Origin: an uncultured Bacillota bacterium | Lineage (GTDB): Bacteria; Bacillota_I; Bacilli_A; RFN20; CAG-826 | Reading direction: 5' to 3' | Assembly (NCBI GenBank): GCA_949291655.1 | Contig: CASEWT010000003.1 | Span: forward strand, 1-51,538 | Length of the DNA stretch: 51,538 nucleotides | Shown: one piece after another, positions 17,906-27,987 of the stretch | Numbering within the stretch: position 1 is the stretch's first letter | Layout: each line of letters opens with the position of its first letter | Notes under the pieces: model-generated | Told to the model about the DNA's origin: nothing | The model's database searches: none | The model's input: the letters and a program-made list of their open reading frames with translations, nothing else | Translations under genes and position numbers: made by a program

Positions 17906-20014
17906 ATGAAAAAGAGCAATGTCCTCGGCGCTGCCTTCCTCTTGGCCGCCATGGCTCTCGTCTCCTGCACCCAGACGGGCGGCAGCAGCGAAAGCGGCGA
18001 GAGCAGCTCGGAGGAAACCAGCTCATCGGAAGTCGTTTCCCCGCGCCGCCTCGAAGCGACCATCGAGCATTCGAGCATCCCAGCCGGGGCGACGTTCTAC
18101 GACGGCTGCGTCCCGACGATCACCTACATTGACGAAACGGCGGGCGAGACGACCGACATTTCCAACTACTTCAACCAGCTCCGTTTCCAAATCTCGCCGA
18201 TCGTCAACGGCGAGGTCGATTCGACGACCACGTACGACGCCACTGACGCCCTTCCGGCCGGCGAGTACGAGGCGCGGATCACCGCCCGTTCCCGCACGGC
18301 GAGGGTCAACTTCACCGTCGAGGAAGGAACGGTCGAAACGGCAAGCGAAGGCAACGGCTACAAGACGATTTACGGCACCGACGAGGATTTCACCCGGCTG
18401 GCGCTCTCCAACGGGGACGTGACGCTCGGGACCCTCGGGGAAGGCAACTTCCCGTCCAAGGGCACCGTGAACGTCCTCGTCATCCCGGTCATCTTCGCGG
18501 AAATGGAGAACACCGCCTCGGCCTTCAACGAGGAAGAGCTCGCCCTCCTCGAACGGGCCTACAACGGGACCGATTCCGAAGGGCCGGAAGACACGCGGAC
18601 GGCTTGGGAATCCCTCCACAGCTACTATCAGAAGTCTTCCTACGGAAAACTCGACGTCGAGGCGACGATCGCCCCGGTCTACGTCTACGAAAGCCGGTCT
18701 ACCGACCTTAACGAAAACGACGGCAGCAATGCCCACCGCATCGTCCAGGCAGCCTTGGACGACTACCAGCGGACCCATCCCGACATGTCGATGTTCGACG
18801 CCAACAAGGACGGCTACATCGACTCGGTCAACGTCATCTACAAAACGCTGGCCCCGATCGATTCCTCCAACCCGAGCGACCTCTGGTGGAACTTCACCTC
18901 GAACGCCAGCAACAAGCCGAACGTTTCGAGCCCGACCCTCCACCGCTTCTTCTGGTCGGCCTACTCAATGATGGAAACCGGCTACTACCCGGATGTCCCG
19001 GCCGACGCCAACGTCGACCCCCACGTCCTCGTCCACGAGCACGGCCACGCCATGGGACTTAGCGACTACTACTCCTATGACCAAGATGCCACGACCGGTG
19101 CCAAGAGCGAGGCCCCGGCCGGCTGCGCCGACATGATGGACATGAACGTCGGCGACCACAATGCCTACTCCAAGATGAGGTTCAACTGGCTCCGCGACAG
19201 CGCCGACGACGAAGGCCTCAACGTCATGTACGTCGACGGCTCGAGCGACAACTTCACGGTCACCATCGACTCGTTTGCCGACGAGGGCGACGTCCTCATC
19301 GTTCGCAACACGACGACCGATCCGTGGAACGAAACCCCCTACGACGAATACCTCATCGTCACCTACTACACCCCGACCGGAGTCAACGCCCTCGACTCCC
19401 TCGGCTATGGCGAATGGACCCAGTACAACGAAAGCACCGGGACGACCGGCGCCGGAAACGGCGGTCCCTACAGGTACCCCGGCGTCCAGGTCTTCCACGT
19501 CGATGCCCGGGTCGGAGCCCAAGTCGGGCAACTGACTTCCGATGGAACGGTCGACGAAAGCACCCTCACCTGGGAATACACCGACAACATCTACACCACC
19601 GACCACTACGATACGGCTTCCGGCACCTATGAATCGGCGGCTGTCTTCCTCACCGACAACACCCCGTCCCGTTCGATGAAGATCGTCGACGGCGAGCAGG
19701 TCGGCGGAGGCGATGCCGAAATCGAGGCCATCCTCTCAAGCGGCGACGACGGCTTCCGTTCCACCTCCTACGCCAACCTCATGGGCATCCAAAGCAACCT
19801 CTTCGGCACCAAGGAGTACGCCGAGGCCAACGACTTCCAGTCCAAGGAGATGTACGGCGGCTACACCTACTCCAACTACCTCGGCTGGCGCTACTTCCAG
19901 AACGAGCTCGTCTGGAACGACGGATCGACCTTCAACTGGACGTTCTCGGTCGAAAGCCAGACCGACACCACCGCCACCCTCCACTTCATCAACAACGCTG
20001 CCATTGAAGGATAA
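17906..20014 (+). CDS. Second M6-like zinc metalloprotease lipoprotein
   Basis: AAGGAGG RBS, lipobox ALVSC, WESLHSYYQKSSYG, DANKDGYID, HEHGHAMGLSDYY, DMMD and EYLIVTYY. Confidence 0.85.
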   Translation: MKKSNVLGAAFLLAAMALVSCTQTGGSSESGESSSEETSSSEVVSPRRLEATIEHSSIPAGATFYDGCVPTITYIDETAGETTDISNYFNQLRFQISPIVNGEVDSTTTYDATDALPAGEYEARITARSRTARVNFTVEEGTVETASEGNGYKTIYGTDEDFTRLALSNGDVTLGTLGEGNFPSKGTVNVLVIPVIFAEMENTASAFNEEELALLERAYNGTDSEGPEDTRTAWESLHSYYQKSSYGKLDVEATIAPVYVYESRSTDLNENDGSNAHRIVQAALDDYQRTHPDMSMFDANKDGYIDSVNVIYKTLAPIDSSNPSDLWWNFTSNASNKPNVSSPTLHRFFWSAYSMMETGYYPDVPADANVDPHVLVHEHGHAMGLSDYYSYDQDATTGAKSEAPAGCADMMDMNVGDHNAYSKMRFNWLRDSADDEGLNVMYVDGSSDNFTVTIDSFADEGDVLIVRNTTTDPWNETPYDEYLIVTYYTPTGVNALDSLGYGEWTQYNESTGTTGAGNGGPYRYPGVQVFHVDARVGAQVGQLTSDGTVDESTLTWEYTDNIYTTDHYDTASGTYESAAVFLTDNTPSRSMKIVDGEQVGGGDAEIEAILSSGDDGFRSTSYANLMGIQSNLFGTKEYAEANDFQSKEMYGGYTYSNYLGWRYFQNELVWNDGSTFNWTFSVESQTDTTATLHFINNAAIEG

Positions 20015-20073
20015 TTGTTGAAAAACAAATATCTCGGCATATATTGGCAAAGCACCAAGAAAGGAAACACCAC

Positions 20074-22029
20074 ATGAAAAGCAAAGGATTACTCGTCCTG
20101 ACGGCTCTTCTCGGCACGGGTCTCGTGCTCGGAAGCTGCGGCACGACGGCCACCTCCTCGGAAGGCGGGGCTGGGTCGGCCTCTTCCTCCGAGACGGAAA
20201 CCTCCGAAAGCCTCCCCGATACCTCGGGAAGCGAAACCTCCGAGGCTCCGGTCTCCGACTACACGGCGACCAAGGTCACCATCAGCGGCAGCACGCCGGA
20301 ACGGGTCACCGTCGGAGAGACGATCGACTTCGGTCAGTACATCACCGTGAGCGCCCCGGAAAACGGGACCTTCGGCCTCCGCGTCCGCGAAGGCTCGACC
20401 GGCACCGCCGACATCGACGGGCACAGCGTCACCATCACCGGCGCCGGCTCGATCGGCATCCAAATCGTCGGGGCCAATAACGCCAACATCCGCCTTTGGA
20501 CCATCACGGCCATTGCCGCCGACACCAAGGAGATGGCCGACTACCTCACTGCCCTCTCCTACAACTACACCGTCGACTGGCGCGACGCGACCGGCAATTC
20601 GCTCTATGGGCTCACCTACCACAACGAGAACTATTGGCTGGCCCTGAGCTCCATCGAAAACAGCGAGGACCTGAATTCCTCGACGTGGAGCTTCTGGGGT
20701 TCCATCCAAGCTGGCGAACACCGTTACGAAGTCGACTTCTACGAAGACTACGACTACGTTGAGCAGACCGTCAGCTACCGTTACGAAGCCCACCCCGGCA
20801 TCTTCGACGACTCGCTCTATTACGCGGCCGCCGAGATGGCCTTCAACGAAGACACCGTCTCGACCGATCCGGAGACCGGCCTTACCATGATCACCGATGC
20901 CGGCGTTTCGAGCCTCGTCCAGACGGGCGTCGGCACCAACTACGAAATGATCAAGGAATTGCTTCTCGACCCCGACGGCTACGAGCAAGCTTACCTTATC
21001 CCGCTCTACGAGAACGAAGGGGATGCCCAAATTGCCGGGGTCCGCATCATCTTTGCCACCGACGCCCTTGAGATGGTCTCGACCTGCGACATCTATGCCG
21101 CCGGCGAAACCTCCTTCGACGTCCTCGACGAATTCGTCGCCGAAGGCGTGCCGCCTTCATACATCACCTTCGACGCGCTAGGCGATTATCTCGGCGGCCA
21201 GGTTGCCGAACAGGCTTCCACCACCATCGAGGCCTCCATCTCCTATGGCGCCTACCTCACGAATAGCCAGACGGGCGAAACCAGCTGGCAAGACGCTTCG
21301 GTGGCCGGAGCCTCTGACCTCGAATCGCGGCTCGGCATCGTGAGCAACGCCCCGGCCGGGACCTACAACGCGACCGTCGACGGCGACAGCTACTACAGCA
21401 CCGCGACCTTCAGCCCGCTCTACTTCACGAGCGATTCTCCGATCTACGCCGCGGTTGGCCAGGATAGCGACGGCCACTACTACCGCATGGACGGCGAAAA
21501 TCCGGAGGCTTGGGAGACCAAGACCGACCTCGGTACCGACTTCGTTCTCTGGGACGAGGATGGCATCTCGACGGTCTTCGATGCCGAATACAACCTCGTC
21601 GGCGTCGAATATCTTACCCCGGCGGCCCTTACGACCGACTACCTGAAGAGCCTCCCCTACACCTCGATCGCGACGGAAGGAACCGTCACGACGGCCACCG
21701 TTGACGCCATCGAAGACGAAGGCAAGATCCTCGAGATCATCACTGGTCTCATCCCGCAAGTCGGCACCTATGTCGTCGCCGGCGTCCTCAGCGGCATCAC
21801 CGGCCCCGACGGCGTTCCGTGCTACACCCTCTTCGATTCGCCGACCATCGTCTACGACAGCGCGACTGGCGAAGTCTCCTTCGAGGCTATCCTCCCGAAC
21901 CTTGCCGAGGATGCGACGCTTGGCGCCAACGTCGGGCTCCGTCTTTCGGTCACCCTCACCGACTTCGGAACGACCGAAGTCCCGGCCTTCGGCTTCGTCC
22001 AAGCCGAAACGACCGAGCCGGCGGCCTAA
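20074..22029 (+). CDS. Hypothetical acidic lipoprotein
   Basis: AAGGA RBS, lipobox VLGSC, Ser/Thr/Glu linker, and strong C/G bias at third codon positions. Confidence 0.8.
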   Translation: MKSKGLLVLTALLGTGLVLGSCGTTATSSEGGAGSASSSETETSESLPDTSGSETSEAPVSDYTATKVTISGSTPERVTVGETIDFGQYITVSAPENGTFGLRVREGSTGTADIDGHSVTITGAGSIGIQIVGANNANIRLWTITAIAADTKEMADYLTALSYNYTVDWRDATGNSLYGLTYHNENYWLALSSIENSEDLNSSTWSFWGSIQAGEHRYEVDFYEDYDYVEQTVSYRYEAHPGIFDDSLYYAAAEMAFNEDTVSTDPETGLTMITDAGVSSLVQTGVGTNYEMIKELLLDPDGYEQAYLIPLYENEGDAQIAGVRIIFATDALEMVSTCDIYAAGETSFDVLDEFVAEGVPPSYITFDALGDYLGGQVAEQASTTIEASISYGAYLTNSQTGETSWQDASVAGASDLESRLGIVSNAPAGTYNATVDGDSYYSTATFSPLYFTSDSPIYAAVGQDSDGHYYRMDGENPEAWETKTDLGTDFVLWDEDGISTVFDAEYNLVGVEYLTPAALTTDYLKSLPYTSIATEGTVTTATVDAIEDEGKILEIITGLIPQVGTYVVAGVLSGITGPDGVPCYTLFDSPTIVYDSATGEVSFEAILPNLAEDATLGANVGLRLSVTLTDFGTTEVPAFGFVQAETTEPAA

Positions 22030-22047
22030 ACCTCACCTCATCTAAAC

Positions 22048-22080
22048 AAAGGCGGGCCCTTCACGGGGCCCGCTTTTCTT
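22048..22080 (+). terminator. Intrinsic terminator
   Basis: GGCGGGCCC-ttcacg-GGGCCCGCT followed by TTTCTT. Confidence 0.8.
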
Positions 22081-22648
22081 ATCCCAAGATAGCGACGCAG
22101 CAGCTTTTGGGGTGGAAATCGCCGCACGGGGACATGATTCAAGCTAACCTGTCTCCTGCCCTAGCTGAATATCGCCGTCCAACGGCCATCTCTTCGCCCC
22201 GCCTCGATAATCGCGGTTGGCCACTAGGAGGCGCGCCTTATCCGATGAATATGATGTCGCCTCTTCTCTTGGCATCGCGGTCTTTTCTAAACCTCCAAGA
22301 ATTCACCTTAGCCGCTTTATATATCCGGCCCGAAGAGGCGCCGGCATGCCGAAAAGGACGAAGCTGAAAACCGAGGCCAAGGGAACTCCGCAAAACCAGA
22401 GGGGGCCATAATATAAAACCGCTTTGCCGCGGCTTTTGAACTATTAGGGGGAAAATAACCCCTTTTCTGTTTGGAGGATCGATGGGGAACCCGTTTCCTG
22501 CCTTTCGATCCATAAGGATCAAGCTTTCGGGGAAATAAAGATGCAGGACACGCCTTCGCGGAGGGCAGAAGGTCTTCCAAAGAAACGAACAAAGCCAAAA
22601 GCGACTGCCAAACCCCCTTCTTTTTGGAAAAACCCTTAATTTGCATAA

Positions 22649-22690
22649 GAAAAGCCGCCCTTCCAGCGCATTGGCCGGATGGAGGGCGGC
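22649..22690 (-). terminator. Intrinsic terminator
   Basis: GCCGCCCT...AGGGCGGC stem followed by TTTTCT on the minus strand. Confidence 0.7.
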
Positions 22691-22705
22691 AATTCGTCGT
22701 CGCGT

Positions 22706-25700
22706 CTAGGCGGCAACCCAGGCGATGGTATCGGTACCGGTTACGGTAGCCGTTCCGATGAGGGTTCCGTAGGCGGTAACCTCGTAGACCGCGCCGCCTT
22801 CGGAAATCGTCGTCCCTTCGATGAGGTTGATTTCGACGGTCGGAAGCATTTCGCCGTCGACGATGGCACCGTAGATCCGGCCCGGGTTTTCGCCGGTGTC
22901 GGTCATGATGGAGATGATGGCTACCCCGCCTTCCATGCTCCAGCCCGAGGTCGAGACGTAATCGCCGTTGATGGCGGACGAAGTATACGTCGACTGGTAC
23001 TTGCTGAGGTAGTAAGGCCTCGCCGTTCCTCCCCTCATGACGATGGCGTTCCCGTTTTGGTCGACCGCGACGTCATAGGTCGACGATCCGGCCGCGGTGA
23101 AGTTGAGGATGCCGCGGGTTTCGTCGTAGCTATCGATGGTGATGGCCGCGTCGGTTACGCTTCCCTCCCAGCTGAACTCGTCGGATCCGATGCCGATCTT
23201 GTAGTAGCTGGTTCCGGCGGAAGTGCCGATGTACTCGCCTTGGGCCCAGAGGTAAGCGGAGAAGGCGCCGATGTTTTCCTCGACGGTGACGGTCACTTCT
23301 TCGCCCGTATCCGAATCGACGGCAAGGACGTATTCGGTGCCGCCCTCGAGGACGGATTTGAGAAGGCCGGTGCCGGTTTTAATCACCGTTTGGCCCGTTC
23401 CGTCATAGAGAGTCAAGGTCGCGTCGGGATCGCTGGCCGTAAGGCGCGTATCCATCGTCGTCTCGGCCGTGAAGCGGACGTAGGAGACGGTCTGGCCGGC
23501 GACCGGCTGAACGCTCATCGCCCCATCGACGATTTCCACGTCGACGGCAAAGGCGGGAGCGAAGCCCGGCACGCCTTCGGCCATGATGAAGGTAAACGCC
23601 GAGGCCGAATCGGTGCCGACATAGCCGACCTCGATGACGTAGGTTCCCGGCTCCAGCCGGAGGTCGAGCTCGACTTCCGTGCCGTAGTAGACGTCCCAAT
23701 AGTCGTCTTCGCCTTCTTCGACGATCGAGCCGATTTCCGACCCGCTTTCGTCATAGACGACGATCGTCTTGGCGTAGTAATCGGTGCCGCCGTCGAGAAT
23801 GAGGCGGTAGAGGGCCGTTTCCTCGACGCTAATCTCGTAGTAGTGAGAGCCCTCGTTGAAGGCCGAGACGGTAATCGGCTCGTCCATCGTAAGGCTCAGG
23901 GCGTCGTTGGTTTCCGGCTGGCTGAGAAGGAGGCCGTCGGGCGGGAGGGAGACCGTCACGTAGGTCGAGGTAACGCCGGTTACGTATTCCTCGAACTCCG
24001 ATTCGTACATGTTGTGGGAGAAAACGAGGTAGTAGGTCGCGGCCGTATCGAGATCATCGAACACCTGGACGGACTCGTTGGTCGGATAAGTGGCGCTGAA
24101 GTCGACGACTTCCTCTCCGGCCTCGTCATAGACGGCCAGGCGGGTGTAGACGCCATCCTCGCCGCCGATGGTAATGGACGTCGGGAGGCTCGGGATCGTA
24201 CCCGGGGCCAAACGGTAGACGGCATAGGCGTCGAGGGCCCCGTTCCAATTGATCCTCGTCTTGGCGTCGTAGGCGAGGTCCACCGCCTCCTCGGCCGTGT
24301 CGTTGGCCGCGGTCGCGATGTCGACGGGAATCTTCCCGTAAAGGACGTCTTCGGGGCTATAGCTGCTATAGTAGCCGGTCACCCCGAGGTAGATGGTTTC
24401 GCCCTCCAGCAGGTCGATGGCCCAGACGTTGCTATAGCTGCTCTTTCGATGGGGGACGAGATGGTCGACTTGATAGCCGAGGGTGTTGACGGTCGTCAGC
24501 TCGGTCTTGTCTTCCCCGTAAACGAAGAGATAAGGCTCGTCGCGCGTATAGGCGGTCGTCGCCTCTTCGTCGATGTCGTAAGGCTCGCCGAGGGTGATGT
24601 AGTAGCGATCGTCGGCCGCCGCGGTGAACTGCAGGTAATAGATTTCCATGCCCGGAACGGTCGTGGCCACCCCGGAGAAGGTATCTCCCTCGATGATGTA
24701 GGGATCGTCGAGGGAATTCCCGGCCGGGAAGGCCGTCCAGTAGGCGTGGAGAGTCACGTCTTCCTCGACGACGTAGGCAGTCAGGTCGAGGGGCTCGGGA
24801 CTATCCAGATCGAGGACCCAGCCGGCCATGAAGAAGCCTTGCTTCCGCGGGACCGGGACATCGCTCAAAGTCTGCCCGACGATAACCTCGCGGACGACAT
24901 TCTCGCTTGTTTCGGCCCCGTCGACGACGGCCGTGCCGCCATTGAGGTCGAAGGTGACCGTCGCAAGCTCGGTGTCGGAGCAAATCGTCCGTTCCGAGAC
25001 GATGCGGTTGCCGGCGGACGCGGAAGCGAGGGCCGCCCATTCAGCCTCGGTTCCCTCGTAGGTGATTTGCCCGATGAGGCCGTCTTGGGAGAAGAGGGCC
25101 GAATTGGGAAGGGCAGTAACGCTCATCGGAACGACGAATTCGGCAACCTCGGTCGAGATGGTCGATTGGATGCTCGTCAATTGCGACGTCTCGAAGACGA
25201 TGCGATGGAGGCTCGTGCCCGAATTGAAGCAGCTGGAAGCAATCGTCTGGAGGCTCGAGGGGAAATTGACGGTCCCAAGGATCTCGGTCCCCGCGAAAGC
25301 CCAGCGGTTGAACTCGACGATCGTGTCGGGAAGAGTGACGTTGGTGAGGCCGCTCCGGTTCTCGAAGCAGCCGTTGATGCTCCCGAGGTCGCCTGCCGTG
25401 ACGACTTCGCCGAGGGATTCGGCCAAGTGGTCTTCGCCTTCGACGGCCGCCCAAACGAAGGGGGCGACGACGATTTCGCCGGTGCCGCTAGCATAGAAGT
25501 AGTAGTCGCCATAATAGGCGTCGGCTTCGTCTTCGTACTGGGTGTAGGTGACGCTTCCGACGGTCGGGTCGCCAAGGACGCCCCAGACGTTGGCCCGGTC
25601 GTCGATAGAATCGACGAGCCCGCCGGCGAGGTCATAGGTCTTGAGCGAGACGTCGATCTCGCTCCACCAATTGGCTTCCGGGACGTTGTTGAGGGTGTAG

Positions 25701-26140
25701 GTCATGTAGTAGTAGGCCTTGCCCTCCTCGAGCGGGGTCGTCCATAGGACATCCTCGGCCCGGGGAAGTTCGGTATAGACGTACTTAAGCTCGAAGCTCG
25801 CCTCTTCCTTTATGACCGTCTCGTTTTCCTTGACGCTTCTCGTCCAAATGGCCTTCGAAAGCCCCTGGTAGCCATCGATGGCCGCGACGAAGCGGATGGC
25901 CTTGTTGTCCCCGACGTCGGTAACGTCAACCCCGAGCACCGGATGGGCGGTGTCGACTTCGTTGGCCTTCTTGACGTGGCTTCCGAAGGCAATGGCCCGC
26001 CCGCCGTCGTCGGTGGTGACGATTTCGTCTTCAAGCAAAGGCTCGACGGTCGAGCGGCGGTCGGAATTAACGATGACAATAAGGCCGAGAGCTAGGGTCG
26101 AAAGAAGAAGGAAGGGAACGGTTTTGCGTGTGTTTTTCAT
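22706..26140 (-). CDS. Large N-anchored surface protein with BspA-type LRRs, an InlB B-repeat and beta-sandwich repeats
   Basis: N-terminal TM segment; LTNVTLPDTIVEFNRWAF/FPSSLQTIASSCF (TpLRR); TVTFDLNGG...PRKQGFFMAGW...DVTLHAYW (B-repeat); PPC-like segments YYLQFTA, YYEISV and YVRFTA. AGGAGG RBS. Confidence 0.78.
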   Translation of the reverse strand: MKNTRKTVPFLLLSTLALGLIVIVNSDRRSTVEPLLEDEIVTTDDGGRAIAFGSHVKKANEVDTAHPVLGVDVTDVGDNKAIRFVAAIDGYQGLSKAIWTRSVKENETVIKEEASFELKYVYTELPRAEDVLWTTPLEEGKAYYYMTYTLNNVPEANWWSEIDVSLKTYDLAGGLVDSIDDRANVWGVLGDPTVGSVTYTQYEDEADAYYGDYYFYASGTGEIVVAPFVWAAVEGEDHLAESLGEVVTAGDLGSINGCFENRSGLTNVTLPDTIVEFNRWAFAGTEILGTVNFPSSLQTIASSCFNSGTSLHRIVFETSQLTSIQSTISTEVAEFVVPMSVTALPNSALFSQDGLIGQITYEGTEAEWAALASASAGNRIVSERTICSDTELATVTFDLNGGTAVVDGAETSENVVREVIVGQTLSDVPVPRKQGFFMAGWVLDLDSPEPLDLTAYVVEEDVTLHAYWTAFPAGNSLDDPYIIEGDTFSGVATTVPGMEIYYLQFTAAADDRYYITLGEPYDIDEEATTAYTRDEPYLFVYGEDKTELTTVNTLGYQVDHLVPHRKSSYSNVWAIDLLEGETIYLGVTGYYSSYSPEDVLYGKIPVDIATAANDTAEEAVDLAYDAKTRINWNGALDAYAVYRLAPGTIPSLPTSITIGGEDGVYTRLAVYDEAGEEVVDFSATYPTNESVQVFDDLDTAATYYLVFSHNMYESEFEEYVTGVTSTYVTVSLPPDGLLLSQPETNDALSLTMDEPITVSAFNEGSHYYEISVEETALYRLILDGGTDYYAKTIVVYDESGSEIGSIVEEGEDDYWDVYYGTEVELDLRLEPGTYVIEVGYVGTDSASAFTFIMAEGVPGFAPAFAVDVEIVDGAMSVQPVAGQTVSYVRFTAETTMDTRLTASDPDATLTLYDGTGQTVIKTGTGLLKSVLEGGTEYVLAVDSDTGEEVTVTVEENIGAFSAYLWAQGEYIGTSAGTSYYKIGIGSDEFSWEGSVTDAAITIDSYDETRGILNFTAAGSSTYDVAVDQNGNAIVMRGGTARPYYLSKYQSTYTSSAINGDYVSTSGWSMEGGVAIISIMTDTGENPGRIYGAIVDGEMLPTVEINLIEGTTISEGGAVYEVTAYGTLIGTATVTGTDTIAWVAA

Positions 26141-26154
26141 TGTTTGACTCCTCC

Positions 26155-26847
26155 TTACCACTCTTCGACGATGCCGCCTTCGCCTTCGCTCATGCCTTCA
26201 GGCGAAACGGTTATCACGATGGTGATGTCTCCTTCGCCCATCGTCACCGTGAGGGTCGTTCCGGTTAGTTCGGCCGCCTCCCCATCCACAGTGATGGCAT
26301 CGATGACGTACCCTTCGTCGACTTCGACGGTGAGATCGATGACTTCTCCGGCGATCCCGGTTGTCTTTCCGGTAACCGTAACGGTATCCGGGGCGTCGAT
26401 GACGATGTCGTGGATTCCAGCGGTCGTGACGACGATGGTCGCCTCGCCCTCGGGCATCGTGAAGGTGATGGTCCCCTCATCGACGGCAATAGCCTCCCCG
26501 TTGAGGGTGGCTCCCGTAATGAGGTAATCGGCATCGGCCGTCAATTCGATGGTGACTTCGTCCCCGGCCTCGGCTTCCGTCGGGCCGGTCGCGGTCACGT
26601 GGTCGCCGACGACGGTGATACCGTAGATTTTGACCTCCGAGGATTGCGAAACCTCGCTATCCGGAACGGATACGTCGATGGATGAGGAATCGCTGCTTGC
26701 TTCCGTCGTCTCAGAGGAGGCGAGCTGAGAGCTCCCCTCGGTCTCGCTGGAGGCATCCGGTCCTGACGACTCGGTGATCTGTCCGCACGACGCAAGCAAG
26801 GCGAGGAGGGCAAAGACGAGCACTCCTCTGATTTTCTTGCCTTTCAT
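26155..26847 (-). CDS. Lipoprotein with two tandem ~68-aa divergent InlB B-repeat-like domains
   Basis: Lipobox LLASC. Repeats AGDEVTIELTADADYLITGATLNGE...FTMPEGEATI and AGEVIDLTVEVDEGYVIDAITVDGE...VTMGEGDITI. Confidence 0.8.
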   Translation of the reverse strand: MKGKKIRGVLVFALLALLASCGQITESSGPDASSETEGSSQLASSETTEASSDSSSIDVSVPDSEVSQSSEVKIYGITVVGDHVTATGPTEAEAGDEVTIELTADADYLITGATLNGEAIAVDEGTITFTMPEGEATIVVTTAGIHDIVIDAPDTVTVTGKTTGIAGEVIDLTVEVDEGYVIDAITVDGEAAELTGTTLTVTMGEGDITIVITVSPEGMSEGEGGIVEEW

Positions 26848-27132
26848 TCTCGAAAGACTCCTTTCTTCCGGATGGGATAAACGCCAAAGAGACTCCGGAT
26901 CGATCGCTTGGCGTTAAGGCCCTCAAAACACCTCCCCCATAGGCCTTATATGGGGGACATTATGGGAGATTGTGAAATTTTCAATAAAAAGGTGCAGTTG
27001 TTTAAACAAAATCGCAAACAGAGCCTGCCATCGAGAAAATATTTCGCACTCAACGTTACATTATTGTTGACATAAGGAGTGTTTCGCCTAGTCTGCACGC
27101 ATGAGTACGCGAATAAGAAAGGATATTTCGCC

Positions 27133-27972
27133 ATGGAAAAAGCGCTTCTTGCCATTCCGATAGCCTTGGCTCTTCTGCTCCCTTCTTGCGCCCAAGGGAA
27201 CCCCGCATCGTCTCCCGGCGGGCCCTCGTCGGAAGGGACCTCGGACATCTCCTCTTCCCTCGGCAGCTCTTCAGAAGGGCCGGGCAGCGAAGAGGAGGTC
27301 GACTTCAAGGACTATTCCATCATCACCAGCGACATCACCCTTGGGGGATACCTCCCCGAGGCGGCAATCGGCCTCGCCTTCCTAACCGGGCGATCTTATA
27401 CCATTTCCTTCTCCTTCTCGGTCGCGAACCTCGAGGGGGCCGAAGTCTTCTCGACCCATCCCGAATACCTGGAAGTCGAGGCAACCTCGACGGAAGGATC
27501 CTATGTCCTCCACTGCAAGAAGGACGGGGACCCCGGCCTCTTCATCCGGGACGGAGAGGGCCGGACCCATTACCGAAGCAACATCCATATCCGGGATGCC
27601 ATCGGCCTCGATGAGATGGAAAGCTATCTCGTCGGAATCGACCACTACCAGAGTTGGGGCCTCAACGGGGGAAACATCCAATTGACCTTCCTCGGGAACC
27701 AGACGGCGATGCTGACCGGGACCGACGAGGGGAACGTCCCGCTTGGAACGAACGGCATCCAGTTCACCTATGAATACGACATGACGCTCGATGCTTCCGG
27801 GATGTATGTCTTCACGATCCTCGATTGGGAGAACCCCTACACCAGCCTCACGGCCAACGCCTTCCATGTGAGCATGGCCGGAGACATCATCCACCTGACC
27901 AACGGCACGGTCGGGACCGAATCCTTCTATACCTGCGAAATCTTCCAGATTGCCGAGGCTCTTGCCGAATAA
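27133..27972 (+). CDS. Hypothetical lipoprotein
   Basis: AAAGGA RBS, lipobox LLPSC and a Ser-rich linker. Upstream TTGACA-16-TAGTCT (27067-27094). Confidence 0.78.
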   Translation: MEKALLAIPIALALLLPSCAQGNPASSPGGPSSEGTSDISSSLGSSSEGPGSEEEVDFKDYSIITSDITLGGYLPEAAIGLAFLTGRSYTISFSFSVANLEGAEVFSTHPEYLEVEATSTEGSYVLHCKKDGDPGLFIRDGEGRTHYRSNIHIRDAIGLDEMESYLVGIDHYQSWGLNGGNIQLTFLGNQTAMLTGTDEGNVPLGTNGIQFTYEYDMTLDASGMYVFTILDWENPYTSLTANAFHVSMAGDIIHLTNGTVGTESFYTCEIFQIAEALAE

Positions 27973-27987
27973 AAGGAGAACAAAGAC

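Noticed and set aside
22108-22124. T-box-like GGGTGGAAATCGC
   Set aside because: It does not match GGTGGNACCGCG, and there is no terminator plus downstream gene.
22329-22356. Hammerhead-like CCGAAGA-stem-GAAA
   Set aside because: The core deviates from CUGANGA, and I could not form stems I and III.
27067-27094. Apparent preference for 16-bp promoter spacers (also hsp20, 34391, 17832)
   Set aside because: Boxes were picked by eye from few examples, and others fit 17-18 bp. It cannot be supported without TSS data.
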